DNA of 63,574 nucleotides, the filler included, from Phoronis australis (taxonomy: Eukaryota > Animalia > Phoronida), in the NCBI GenBank assembly GCA_002633005.1. It is 9 parts of 9 records of this genome, joined end to end, with 100 filler letters (N's around TTAATTAATTAA, not from the genome) between each part and the next. Parts side by side here need not be neighbours in the genome. Positions count along the whole stretch, not along the records: positions 14,034 to 32,596 come from NMRA01000172.1; 8 more parts are not named here. The stretch is one strand, 5' to 3'. Within the stretch, counting starts at the first letter, position 1; each line of letters opens with the position of its first letter. The notes under the pieces are model-generated. The model was not told the DNA's origin and did no database searches. It worked only from the letters and a program-made list of their open reading frames with translations. Positions 14,394-26,218 of this stretch are shown one piece after another. The translations under genes and the position numbers were made by a program.

Positions 14394-17300
14394 ATGCCTG
14401 TCAGCAATGATCATGACATCCTTGACACTGACAGTGAAGATGAAGTGCCTCCTGGCTGGGAAGAAAGGGTGACTGTGGAGGGCCGGGTTTATTATGCAAA
14501 GTAAGTTGATTGACTTCTGGCGTAGTCAGTATCATGCAACCAGAGATTTACTCCATGGTAAACTGAATGTTCTGTGAAAGTATCCTATTGCGTCATCACA
14601 AATTGCACTTCTGTCTTTTCATGATTCCATTCCATGGGTTGTCTAGTATATCATGCATTTTATAGCTTTTTTAACTGTATGTTACCTGACTTAATAAATT
14701 GAAGGAAATTAATGGTCATTTTTTCATTTAAATTTTAAATTGACAGCTGTTTCATATTCACATTTGGGAGGTTGATGTAATTTTCATTGCTTACAAGTAT
14801 TCAGCTTTAGCACTACTGACTGGTTGAAACAAGACGTATGGTAGTTTCCAACTTATTTCGCTCAAAAATAATTGCCCAAATTACATTTTTTTGCTTTTCA
14901 ATGTATGAGTATCTTTTTTGTAAATACTGGAATTTTTTAGAAAACGCTGTTTGTGACATCAACACATGGCAAACCATGCTTGTAATAAACTAAAAATGTT
15001 TGAGGTCTTTACTTTTATGAAGTATTTAGTTTCATTTGTTGACCATATTGTGTGCTGCGTACTGTAATTGACATGACCTTTGACCTGGCATTACAGCCAT
15101 GCCAACAAGACAACACAATGGGACCACCCAACAACTGGAAAGAAAAAGAAAGTTGCTGGAGGTATTTTTATTTCTTTTGTGCGTATAGATTAGTGTGTTT
15201 AGCTGTGGCTTGACTAGATTTCGTTTTACGAAATTTAAATGTTTTAATTTGTGAGATTTTGAGGTTTATTAGAATATACATAGTTAATATATTATATAGT
15301 TATTTGTTTTTAGTATAATTTGATGGTATAGAAGTTGTGGAGTCAATCACTCACAGTTTCTCCACAATGTGTTTTGACTTGTCCCTGCATCTAATTTGAA
15401 TTTTGCCATGATGAGGTTGGCTTACTTGTGTCGAGTTTGAAAACCTATGCAACGAGGTTGAAGTATTGGGAGATTAGTCATTTCTTATGCAAATTAGGAC
15501 ATTATGGACATTTGTTACCAGTTTAAGGCAAGACTTAACACCCATACTCCCCACAGTGTGGAAATGAACTTTGGAACAAGAACATAGATTCTGTCATTCT
15601 GGTCGAGTTTGATTTTTTGTTGTGAAGGAAACTGAGACTACAGTCTTCAATAGTTAATTTTTTTCTGCATCACACTTGCACTGGTGCCACTAAAATCAGA
15701 TGTCTTTTGTTTTCTCGTTTTATGGTCTGGAGTTCACTATTGGGGTTTACATTGGTGGTAAATAAGGTTTAGGGACGGAGATAATTATGTTACATGTCAA
15801 AGCATGCTGATAAGTGTTCGTAGTCGTACACATCATTGTGGCTGTCCGGTTGTTTTCAGAACTTCCTTACGGATGGGAGAGAAAAGTGAATGAAGAAGCT
15901 GGCATTATTTACTTTGTTGAGTAAGTAAAGAGAATTCTGACAATTTCAAGTTTCTGAAGGTTTGCCTGCCTTAAATCAGTTAGTTGAAGGATGTATTGAA
16001 AAATGCTTGACCCTGTGATTTAATCAAGACGCCTTCTAAAACGCCCTTAAATGGTGCAGTCATTATTTACTGAAATCCCATTTTTCAACTCTAGCTGGGT
16101 GTAATGTGGCCTGGTGGTAGAGTTGTGTCCTCTGAAACACATGCCCCACAAAATCACATCTCTTCCTCCACCTAAACGTAAGATTGTGTATTCATAATCC
16201 TGCGAGATAACACTGTTTCCTCCACCCAGATACAAGACCATGACTTTGTATTGATATCCCATGGGATAACATTGCTGGACTCTTGAGTCAAGTAATGGTC
16301 TATAGCTCACGCTGTACATGGCAGTTTACATTGTAGTTTATTTTTGTTTACACATTCACGAGGAGCAAAAATAACAGTGTCATAACAACTGACTTTGCCT
16401 GATTCGTAACACATATTCACCCTGGCTTTTCCTTATTTGTGAGTACTGCATTGATGCCAAATGAAAATGTTAACACTGAGAAACTGTGATGTCTGATTAC
16501 TGTGACTGTAAACACTATTATAGCCATGTGAACAAGTAAACTCTATTATAGCCATGTGAACAAGTAAACTCTATTATAGCCATGTGAACATGTAAACTCT
16601 ATCATAGCGATGTGAACATGTAAACTCTATCATAGCCATGTGAACATGTAAACTCTATCATAGCCATGTGAACATGTAAACTCTATCATAGCCATGTGAA
16701 CATGTAAACTCTATCATAGCCATGTGAACATGTAAACTCTATCATAGCCATGTGAACATGTAACCTCTACTGTAGCCATGTGAACAAGAAAACCACGTAC
16801 ACAGACCCACGGCTGGCCTTTGCTATAGAGGACAGGGGGGATGTACCCGCACTGCAGCTGAAGCAGCGATTTGATGGCAACAGTACTGCTCTGCAAGTGC
16901 TACAAGGACGAGACTTGACCGGGATGTACGCTGTTGTTACTGGGGCTAATGCAGGAATAGGTAAGACCAGAAAGCATTCTAGTCCAGACTGCTGCCAACA
17001 GTGTGTAATTGCATGTGTATACGGTGTGATGTTAGATTGATTTTGCATATATAAATTTATGCTATGTTTGTGCAGTACGCTTGATTGGCGTTTTTGTCAT
17101 TTTCAGGCTTCGAAACTGCGCGTAGCTTGGCACTACATGGCGCCACTGTGGTACTGGCCTGTCGCAGCAGAGAGAGGGCAAACAATGCCGCTCGTCTGAT
17201 CCTGCATGAACTTCCCCAAGGAAAAGTGGAATGCATGGAAATTGACTTAGCTTCCCTAGCTAGTGTGAAGTGTTTTGCCGATGAATACATCGAACGAAAC

Positions 17301-20300
17301 TGGTCAGTTAGTCAATGTTATGTGGTTGAGTAATAATATCAACTTGAATAGACGTCAGCTGCTGGTGGTTTTGTGCGGTCTCTTGTGACTAGACACTTAA
17401 AAATAATTCAAGTCAGTGAGAATTAATTTTTGTCACGGTATTTTTGCAGTGAAATCAGACCACTACCACCTTGGCTGTGTTGCTTAACGTAGACTCCCGA
17501 ATTTCGCAAGTAAAGCTAGTATGATCATGCAGTTCACTTGTAATCCATGGTGATATCGCGTGAAGTCCTGCACTATCTTTTGTTTTGTAAAGTTCTCATA
17601 TCAGTGCAACCTCGTATAGTGGAGACAGGTTGATAATTTTTACTAAAAGGCCTCTCTTGTATTCCGTACTTTCTCATAATTTACTTAAATATTACTTTTC
17701 CTTGTAGGCCCCTCCACATGCTCATTTTAAATGCTGGTGTCTTTGCATTGCCACACACCATCACTGAAGATGGACTGGAGATGACCTTTCAGGTCAACCA
17801 TTTAGCCCAGTTTTACCTGACACAGTTGTTGAAGGACAGACTCATCAGGAGTGCCCCTGCACGAGTGGTGGTAGTGTCATCTGAGAGTCATAGGTGAGTG
17901 AGTACACTGAATAAGGTATAGATACTACCAGTGATGTACTTTGACCTTTGGAACAGGAACAATGAGCATTGTGGGTGTAAATATACCATTTACTCCCATA
18001 ATTCAATGGCCACTTCAAAGGGCGTGGCTATTTTGCTAGTAAAGGCCAGTAAGGTGACATGTGCTTGCTTGCTAAATATTTGTGAGATCTTGTTCACTAG
18101 GCTTTACAGATTCCACGGCTGGGTCTATATCTGATATTATGTGTTCAGTACACGGTGAACAAGGAGTCATTTCACTTAGAAAAATCTTATTGTCGAAAAT
18201 TTATGGCACGTACTTCTTTAAGCAGTTTTCCATAGGAAGAGTTGATTGGTTTGTATTGTCTGAGATACACATTTTCTCACCTCCACCTTTAAAAAATAGT
18301 TCAAGTGGTCTGGTACATGTTTCATAAGACTTGAGCAGGGCGCTCAGGCGAGCCCAATGCACCAAACACCTGAACCTGTTTTTATGCGCCCACATATTTA
18401 TATGACTCTACTTCGGGAGCAAGTTTTCTGTTATACAGAATTTGTTAAATGCACGACACTTTTCATTGTTCACGGTCTTTATTCCGTTGCGTTCATACTT
18501 TCTGAACAGAACTCTACTCTCAACTGAACATAGATACAATAACTGACCTAGCGACATAATTAAAAGACACACGATATTTCGAAACATACTTGTTTCATTC
18601 TCAAGTGAAGATAAAATGACGCAGTAATGCCACGACAGAGTATAAGCTGACGACACACACAGTGAGACACGGCGGGTGTGAAATACTGCAAAGAATGACT
18701 AATGAATTGGGGTAACAGGAAAGTCACGCAAACAAGTGTAACGTTCGGCGCTAGGTCAGTTATTGTATCTATGTTTAGTTGAGAGTAGAGTTCTGTTCAG
18801 AAAGTATGAACGCAACGGAATAAAGACCGTGAACAGTGAAAAGTGTCGTGCATTTAACAAATTCTGTATAACATATTTATATGTGGACGCATTATGCCGT
18901 CATCTCCGTCCGCCCGGGCGGCGTCCAATTGGTGTCCGTCCGGCGTCCGTCCGGCGTCCGTCCGGCGTCCGCTGCTCTAACTCCAAAACCATTTGATGTA
19001 TGTTCATGAAATTTTGCACATGTGTTTCTTTTTTGGATGAGACAGCATGGGCATACTTTCGGACTACCAGTCTTCCCCCTAGTGGCAATTTTAGTTTTTT
19101 ACGCTTACCTCTATATCTTCAAAGGTCTTCCGCGTATTTACATAAAATTTGGCATGTAGGTATAACTATTAGTGAGATGAGGCTATCCACCCGTTTTTGG
19201 ATAGATTCAATGTAATTTGCTCCACCTAGTGGCCATTTTTACTGTTTTCGAGTATGTTTTTAGTCATCCACCCCTCTATCAACCAAACCGCTCTAAGGAT
19301 GATTGTGGAAATAGGCATGTTCTTACTATGAAGAGAACGGCTAAGGATGATTTTCCGACGACTGTGGCGCCTCCTAGTGGCAGTTTTGTTTGTTTTTGCG
19401 GCTGTGGCTGTATCTCCTAAACCGTCTGCAGGGTCTTTTCTAAATTTAGTAAGTGCATTTATATGATGTTGACAAAAGACAACGACGACTTTCAGACGGA
19501 TTTGATTACTTGTGTGCCCCCTGGTGGCAATTTTATTTTTTTTACGTTAACCTCTGTATCTTCAAAGGTCCTCAACAAGTTCTCAAAAAATTTGGCATAC
19601 AGGTTTCTGTTAGTGTGGTGACGCTATCTTTCCGTTTTCAGATGGATTTGACTTAGTTTGCGCTGTCTAGTGGCCATTTTTATGACCAATAAACAACCCT
19701 AAAAGCAGACCGTTTGCTATACATTCGTGGGCGCATTTCAACGTTTATCTTGTTTATTTATTAAATATCACAATAGACATATACACTCATTAGACTGAGC
19801 TGAGGGTCTAGAGACCTGACTCAACGGTCGTGGCAGTGGGGTCGAGTGGAATTCAAACCTACAACCTCATGAACAGGAAGCAGCCACTATTTCCGCCTGT
19901 GGTCGCTTGTCCTTTTGTTTGCCTACTCCAGACATGGCTGTTGAATTGTCAAAATTAACGGACCTAAGGCTAAGCCGATACCCTTCGATGGCACATTTGC
20001 CTACTGATGAACGAAAACGGGTGTCATTCCAATGAAAATCACTGTGGCATGTAATATTTGTTAATAAATATAATGACGTGATTTCTCACCCCTCAGCAGT
20101 TAGTGTATGTTTTAAGATCTGGTTATGTCTGAGATGGATGACTATTCTGAATCGTTCTGATTGGCTGTTGCAGCAGTCCAAGATGCAGTGAATTGTACTC
20201 GATATTATCGTGAAGTCGTTTGATAGGAGCGCGCTGTACTTTCACAACTGGTCTTAGAAACAATTGTTTTCTTTTTGTTTTGTTGCTAGTCTGTTACATA

Positions 20301-22941
20301 TGCTCAGTGTTGTTTTGTTGCTAGTCTGTTACATATGCACAGTGTGCTACTCAACTTAAACCCAATTGCTATTCTAGATTTGCAGAGTTGACCACAGGCA
20401 GCGTATCGGAGAGGATACTATGCCCTGACATCTCCACCTACCACTATTTGTCAGCCTACAATATGACCAAGCTGCTCAATGTTTTGTTTTCCAATGAATT
20501 GAACAGGTAAACTGCCTTTGACATAAGGTGTCTTCACACAAAAAGAATGCAAATTGTGTATTTAATGTGGAAATATGTTATAGTAGGGATAACTCTTGGA
20601 GTGTTTTTGATGGCAAACTCAATATTTTTAATTTGATATCGAATAGGTAAAAGCGACTATTAACATGAGTTCCATCCAAGAAGCGAACTTTTAATTAGAC
20701 CACTTGCTGTTACAAATTTTTCTCGCCATATTCCTTACTCTGATGAGAAGTGATATCTGGGTTTGCAAAGAACTGACGGTTCGTTATTTCTTGACGCCAT
20801 ACTCAACGCAAGCATGAGCCGCCATGAGAATACAACTTGTAGAGTCGCGTTCCTAGCAGTAATGAATTATGAGTTCTCTGAAATCCTGAAATCACCTCTA
20901 ATTTGACACTTTGAGACTGTCTAATAAGTTCACTCTGGTTCTTTCTGCAGCTAATTTGCCAATTCAAACTTTATTTATTCTAGACTGGCAATTTTAACTT
21001 AACTTCAGTGTAGTGTCCCATTATTGTAGTCTGGTAAATTTGAAGTGTCTTCAAGTTGACAGTAATCTCAGTAACCTACTGGGCAAGGTCCATGTACCAT
21101 GTTTTATCTCATACCAAACCATATTTTGGTTTGAAGGTGAACATTATGAACTTTCATGTCAATATCATACCGTGTTGTTGCGTCATTAGGCCCATGTGCC
21201 AACCTGCACTTATATGCGAAGTATAGGTGCATGTGTCAATATGCGAACTACTTGGGTATAAAGGATGCAAAAAGGCATTATTTTGGATATAGGTGCACGG
21301 GCTTAAAAGCGCGAAACTACAGTAATGTTAAATTATTTACTGAATTTCTTGAAGCTACACCAAGGAACTGCAAAGATGTGGAGGAAAATGTAAAAACATT
21401 GCCATTAAGAGGAGCAGCGGTAGTCAAAACAGGTGCGCCTACCTATGCAGGTGACATCACCTGGGCTTATGTGTTAAACTTAGATGCATATGCTAATATG
21501 GGAATGACTTGGGTAAAAAAAGGCCGTGAAAAAGGGAATTCATTTGAATATAGGTCCATGGGCCTATAGGCTCAGCAATACAGTAACACTGATAAATCTG
21601 TTCATTAAACTTCAGGCGGATGCAGGCCCATAGTGTGACTAGTAATGCATTGCATCCTGGGAACATGATGTCATCATCCCTGTCTAGACACTCCTGGTTG
21701 ATGCGCTTCCTATTTACAGTTGCACGGCCGTTCACCAAGTCCATGGTAAGTGCTGTAGAATTTGTTCTGTTCATAGAGTTTACCATGAAAAAGAGAGCTG
21801 TCCTATAGTCTTACATGTTAAAAATGCGCTGGTTGAACATTCCTTCTGAGAACTGCTTTTTAGTCACTAACTGAAATTTGAATTTCTGTTTGCGCATGCT
21901 GAACAGTACACAGTGTTGGGTGCTCTAAATCTATTAATATGTACCTTCGTTTTACTGAAATCAACTGGCACCACATGCGCTGCCTTCGTTGTTTGCATTT
22001 GTCTATAATGACCAATCAACAATATGACAAACTGAAGAGACCTTATTGTGAAACGTGTAGGCTTATGGAATAATACTATGTTATCAAGCATGTACAGTAG
22101 AATGTGCTCACACTTAGCTCATAGTGCTCCCATTGTTGGCAGTTGCAGATCTAGGATTTTGCCCATGAGGGTCTTCTTAATCAGGTTGGTTTTCATTGTT
22201 CTTGTTGGAAACATCATTTATATGATGGAGGGGTGTCTCAATTACCTTACAGCCCAGCTCCATGTAATGCCTGCCATCATACCTCGACTGCCTTTCAATC
22301 TATAGTAAAAATTGTAAAAATAGTTATAATGACCGATATTGTTCATGCTGCCTATTGTGTATCATCGTGCTGTCATCTGTGCGATTTTATTTGTATCCAT
22401 CTATTCATCAGTCTGTATCATACCCTTGATAAAGAGTGCATTGCTTGAAATGTGGGGAATATTTTAAAACATTTTAGTACCGACGCTTGTCGTTTTATTT
22501 TTTCCATTTTTACTATTTGTTATCTGTCAGTAACTGCACAGCATTGCAGCATCTGTTGCATTTAATCTCCATGCAAACAAAAAACATTTGCAGACTTTAA
22601 ACACTAATATGTTTTATTCAACTGACAAGAAATTCATTGGTAAAATCTTCTTCTCAGCCCCAAAGCTCGTCGTTTTCTTGGTTTGTCTGAAATGCACTTA
22701 ATGCTGTCAAACATGGCCATTTCTTTTTCAGCAACAAGGTGCTGCAACAACAGTCTACTGCGCTGCTTCAACAGAATTAGAAGGACTCGGTGGATTCTAT
22801 TTCAATAACTGTTTTCAATGTGTGCCATCTAAAACTGCATTAAAAACTGATGTAGCATCGACAGTTTGGCTCAAGAGTGAGGAAATACTGAGGAAGACTT
22901 TATCGAAAAACAGGAATCTAGAATGGAACACCAGCAGTTAA
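14394..22941 (+). CDS. WWOX: WW domain-containing oxidoreductase, complete CDS (9 coding exons, 422 aa)
   Basis: Exons 14394-14500, 15097-15161, 15860-15920, 16776-16960, 17107-17302, 17708-17893, 20378-20506, 21616-21745 and 22732-22941 total 1269 nt in one frame, all GT-AG. Motifs: [29 protein letters not shown] (WW1), GKKKKV (NLS), [16 protein letters not shown] (WW2), TGANAGIG (cofactor binding), [14 protein letters not shown] (YxxxK), HPGNMM, RPFTKSM|[11 protein letters not shown]. Confidence 0.97.
16508..16788 (+). repeat. 28-bp tandem repeat x10 overlapping the WWOX exon-4 acceptor
   Basis: Unit gtaaactctat(t/c)atagccatgtgaaca(a/t). TAG occurs at 16521+28n up to 16773; the last TAG is the acceptor that opens the WWOX reading frame. 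Confidence 0.95.
18380..19754 (+). mobile_element. DINE-1/HINE-like (Helentron-associated) non-autonomous element in WWOX intron 6
   Basis: 5' subTIR atgcgcccac with adjacent partial inverted repeat gtggacgcat, GTCC microsatellite, repeated cc(c/t)agtggc cores, 3' subTIR gtgggcgcat (~19728) and T-rich ends. An uninterrupted 5' end of the same family is at ~52746. Confidence 0.7.
18430..18872. mobile_element. MITE with ~124-bp terminal inverted repeats, nested in the HINE element
   Basis: 18430-18553 is the near-perfect reverse complement of 18749-18872. Flanking direct duplication ATATTTATATG at 18394-18404 and 18873-18883. Confidence 0.8.
21189..21564. mobile_element. Small TIR element (MITE) in WWOX intron 7
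   Basis: Termini ta|ggcccatg ... catgggcc|ta, with internal repeated tatgcgaa and taggtgca motifs. Confidence 0.5.
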
Positions 22942-23923
22942 CGTAGGATGGTGGGATTTGTTACATAACAAATGTCACTCCCCCAACACAGTTTAAACTC
23001 CAGTTGAAAGTGGCTTCTAAGATTAGTAACAATCTAGTCTATTGTGAAGTACTCAGACAATATTTTGTTAGAGCTCACAAGTCATAAATCAATTATGTAC
23101 CCTGGTTACCTAAGCCCAGTGGAATTACTTTCATCAACGAGTATCAAAGGTTTTTTAAGTAAATCATTCTTTAAATAATATGTATCGCATTTCTTTGGAA
23201 AAAAACTGAACATAACTTTTCTCAGAGAATTTAATTTCATAAGTGAAGAAGATCAAAAGATCACCTGTTTTAGTCCACAACAGTTTAATTTATTTCAGCC
23301 AGTATTTTATTTGTCCTGAAGTCATTGCTAATGTGGTAATTGCCCTGCTCCACACAAAAGGAGTGAGGTCAGTGTTCCAAGGATTCTGTATACAGTAATC
23401 CATGCATAAATCTATTGACAAAGTACACAGGGCTGCTGCAGTATTGGCCAAGTTTCTAATGAGGTGAATCATTGCACCAACAACCTAAGAATTTGTCCTT
23501 AAACACTTGTGACAACTTCTGTTAGTGACAAGTTAGAATTCATGGAATCCACTGTCTCTACAACCTGTCGCATAAGTAGTCGAGTAGGTGGCTGAAGTTA
23601 TGTCATGATGCTCAAAATCTCATCAGTTTTGGACAAAATAATTACCAAACTGGTCTTTTTATTTCCAAAGGTGTCTAACAGCATTGTGAATGCGCCCAAT
23701 TTCTCAAAAAATGCCTTATGGCAGCTTTGGTAAAGAATCAAAAATGATATACCGTAACCATTTATTTGTTTATATTTGTCTTTTGTGAAATAATGAAAAA
23801 CGAAAAATTCCCTTGTTTGTCGCCATGTCCTGAATTAGTGAGGTTTTACAATATTTGCTCGTAAGTAATTCAGTTTCTTGATTTGTGAAGAGGTTATCTC
23901 ATTCTGAAATAATTTAAAGCATG

Positions 23924-23929
23924 AATAAA
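23924..23929 (+). terminator. Candidate WWOX polyadenylation signal
   Basis: AATAAA ~1 kb after the stop codon, followed ~40 nt later by a GT-rich element (gtgatttgtgtcttgactgtttgtgtg). Confidence 0.45.
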
Positions 23930-26061
23930 CAACATAATGTATTGTGAGGTTTTTAAATTGATTTTAGTGATTTGTGTCTTGACTGTTTGTGTGCATGTCT
24001 GCCACATGTTACTGATCTTACTATATAATTTATGTTATGATTCCTTCTGAATTACGTAATCATTAAAATTCATGTAGAACCAGCCTGCACATTCAAAATC
24101 CATAGTGTAGGTATAAGATAGTACCTGGTTGCAAATCTGATGTTTCTGCAAAGATGTATTCATATATTCAGCTTATGTGACTATTGGTTTGACTTCAATT
24201 CCAGGGATTACTGGAATCAAATTTGCCCCATTTTACACTGATTCTCCAATAGAATGGCAAATGGTGGTACTGTTGGTGTTTATAGGAAACATTTTTTTCT
24301 TGCAAGCAGGTGTTTTTGATGTCACTGTGTTTTATGTGTCTTTACCCATTGCAGTAATTTCTAGGTCAAGTAACATCTGCTATAGTGTTACCACCAGATA
24401 TCTTACTGACCCTTCGCTCATAGTAATCTTCCTTTACTTCAATGTTTTGCATGCAGCCAGGCGAATCTAAATTCTGATGTAAACACTGTCTCCTATGCAG
24501 GCCTGATAGGTGTAGGTACCTAAGTGTGCACTGTCTGTCAAGCATAGCTATGTACGATAACTCACCATTTATTTTGCACAAAACTAATTGACAAAATTGT
24601 CATAACATATATTTAAAATGCTGAGTACCTTTCCACAAACAATGACAGCTTTATAATTGTTGTCTTATGGCATACACGCAGTAAAACCGTGCTTGTAATT
24701 GACTAAAATTTTATTAACCTTTGTTTTTTGTCGAAAAATTTGACAAAATTAAATTTCACTTGCCCGCAATAGTGTATACTAAGTAGGTCAAGAATTGCAT
24801 AAGTATTTTGACTAGAAACACATGCCTTTATTGTAATTGAGTAGCATGTAGTCGAGAAGTAGCCTCCCACTGTACTGAGGTATGTTAACAGGTGTTCAGG
24901 TATTGATCCGATCCATGTGAACTCGTCGTGTTCACTGCATCACGTCACCAAAGTTAATCTTTGTGTTAACCAGCATTTAGCTGTGCTCATTTCATCAAGA
25001 ATGAAAATGAATTTTAGTTGTAGCTGAGATTTTGATATGGTTGACCTCTCATTTGACATTATTGCCTACAGGCAAAAATATTCATTTACATTAAGCTGTC
25101 GTAAGGTTTAATTACTGGTAGTCAAGAGTAATTGTTATGGTCTATTTCTTTAGAAAAAAAAAACCTTATCATTAAATCCCCTACGATGCCCACTCCCAAT
25201 GTCACGTAATCTATGAATATTAAACAAAAACGTATGGTATGCCATAGCTAGATAGCAATCCATTCAGTAAGGATTGATTTACGTAACTCAAGCTTGACGA
25301 CTGCTGTATGTGGACCATTGTATACATTACATGCACAAACAGTGGCCAAACATAGATAATCTTTATTGTATCTTTCTGAAAACGTCACTTACAGTACATG
25401 GCCGGGTTAAGCCCCAGGGTGTACAAATTGGAAATTCTAAAATAATAGCTAGGGGTAATTAAGACAAGCAACCCTGTCAGCTGCTTCAAGGTCTACACTG
25501 CCAATGTTGGGTTGAAAGGGTGTGGCATTTATGCGAGCTATTTCGAATGTAAGGATTTAAATCTGCCAGTGATGTCTTGTGTGTGCATTTAGAGAGCTTG
25601 AATGGACATTAATACATTAAATGAACAAAGCCTCAACAACATAAGATATTTTAATAACTTATAAGTGTGAACAATTGAAAACTGAAAATTGGGAAATTGA
25701 GTCGGGAACTGTGCGTTATGAACAAGTGGGGTATCTTCCACCAGTATGTTAAACTCAAATTTTCCTTGTGAACATGAAGTGGCTGCAGATATAAATCCAC
25801 AAATCACTAGAACCCCATTCCGAATCATTTTTTGATGAATATCCTAAATTTGTCAAAGTTTAAGTTTACCTTCTGGCTGGTAAATTCTTGAGCTTTTGAA
25901 TTTAATGTGCACAGACAAATATGGCATTTATTAGGATGTGTTCTCAGAGGTGTTTTCTATTTTGTTTCCACATGGAAGTTTATCAGTTCCTTTAACAATT
26001 TATATAGAGTGGTGCTTCAGTTGTTCAAAAATAGGCAACTCCAAAATGAGATAAAATACAA

Positions 26062-26218
26062 CAGGGCCAGATCCAGGATTTTTAGTTAGGGGGGGCCAGG
26101 GCAGAGTATTAGCCAAGATTTTTGCCCATCAGACATTCGCACCCCCGAACTGCCAAATGGAATATGGGAGTTTTAGTGGGGGCATGGCCCTCTCAGCCTC
26201 CCTCTAAATCTGCCACTG
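26062..26218. mobile_element. Short decayed MITE
   Basis: Imperfect TIRs cagggccagatccagg and cctctaaatctgccactg. Confidence 0.45.

Noticed and set aside
12462-14500. CNTRL and WWOX as a head-to-head gene pair
   Set aside because: Separated by an artificial spacer, and most of the centriolin 5' region is missing, so adjacency is unsupported.
16508-16788. Tandem arrays here and at 6301, 51581 and 53205 as CRISPR-like arrays
   Set aside because: Units are head-to-tail with no unique spacers, there are no cas genes, and the context is eukaryotic.
19800-19890. tRNA-like B box on the minus strand (ggtttgaattcc)
   Set aside because: No cloverleaf; at best a decayed SINE fragment.
21156-21569. 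137-aa ORF in a WWOX intron
   Set aside because: Coincides with a small TIR element and has no recognisable domain or splice support.
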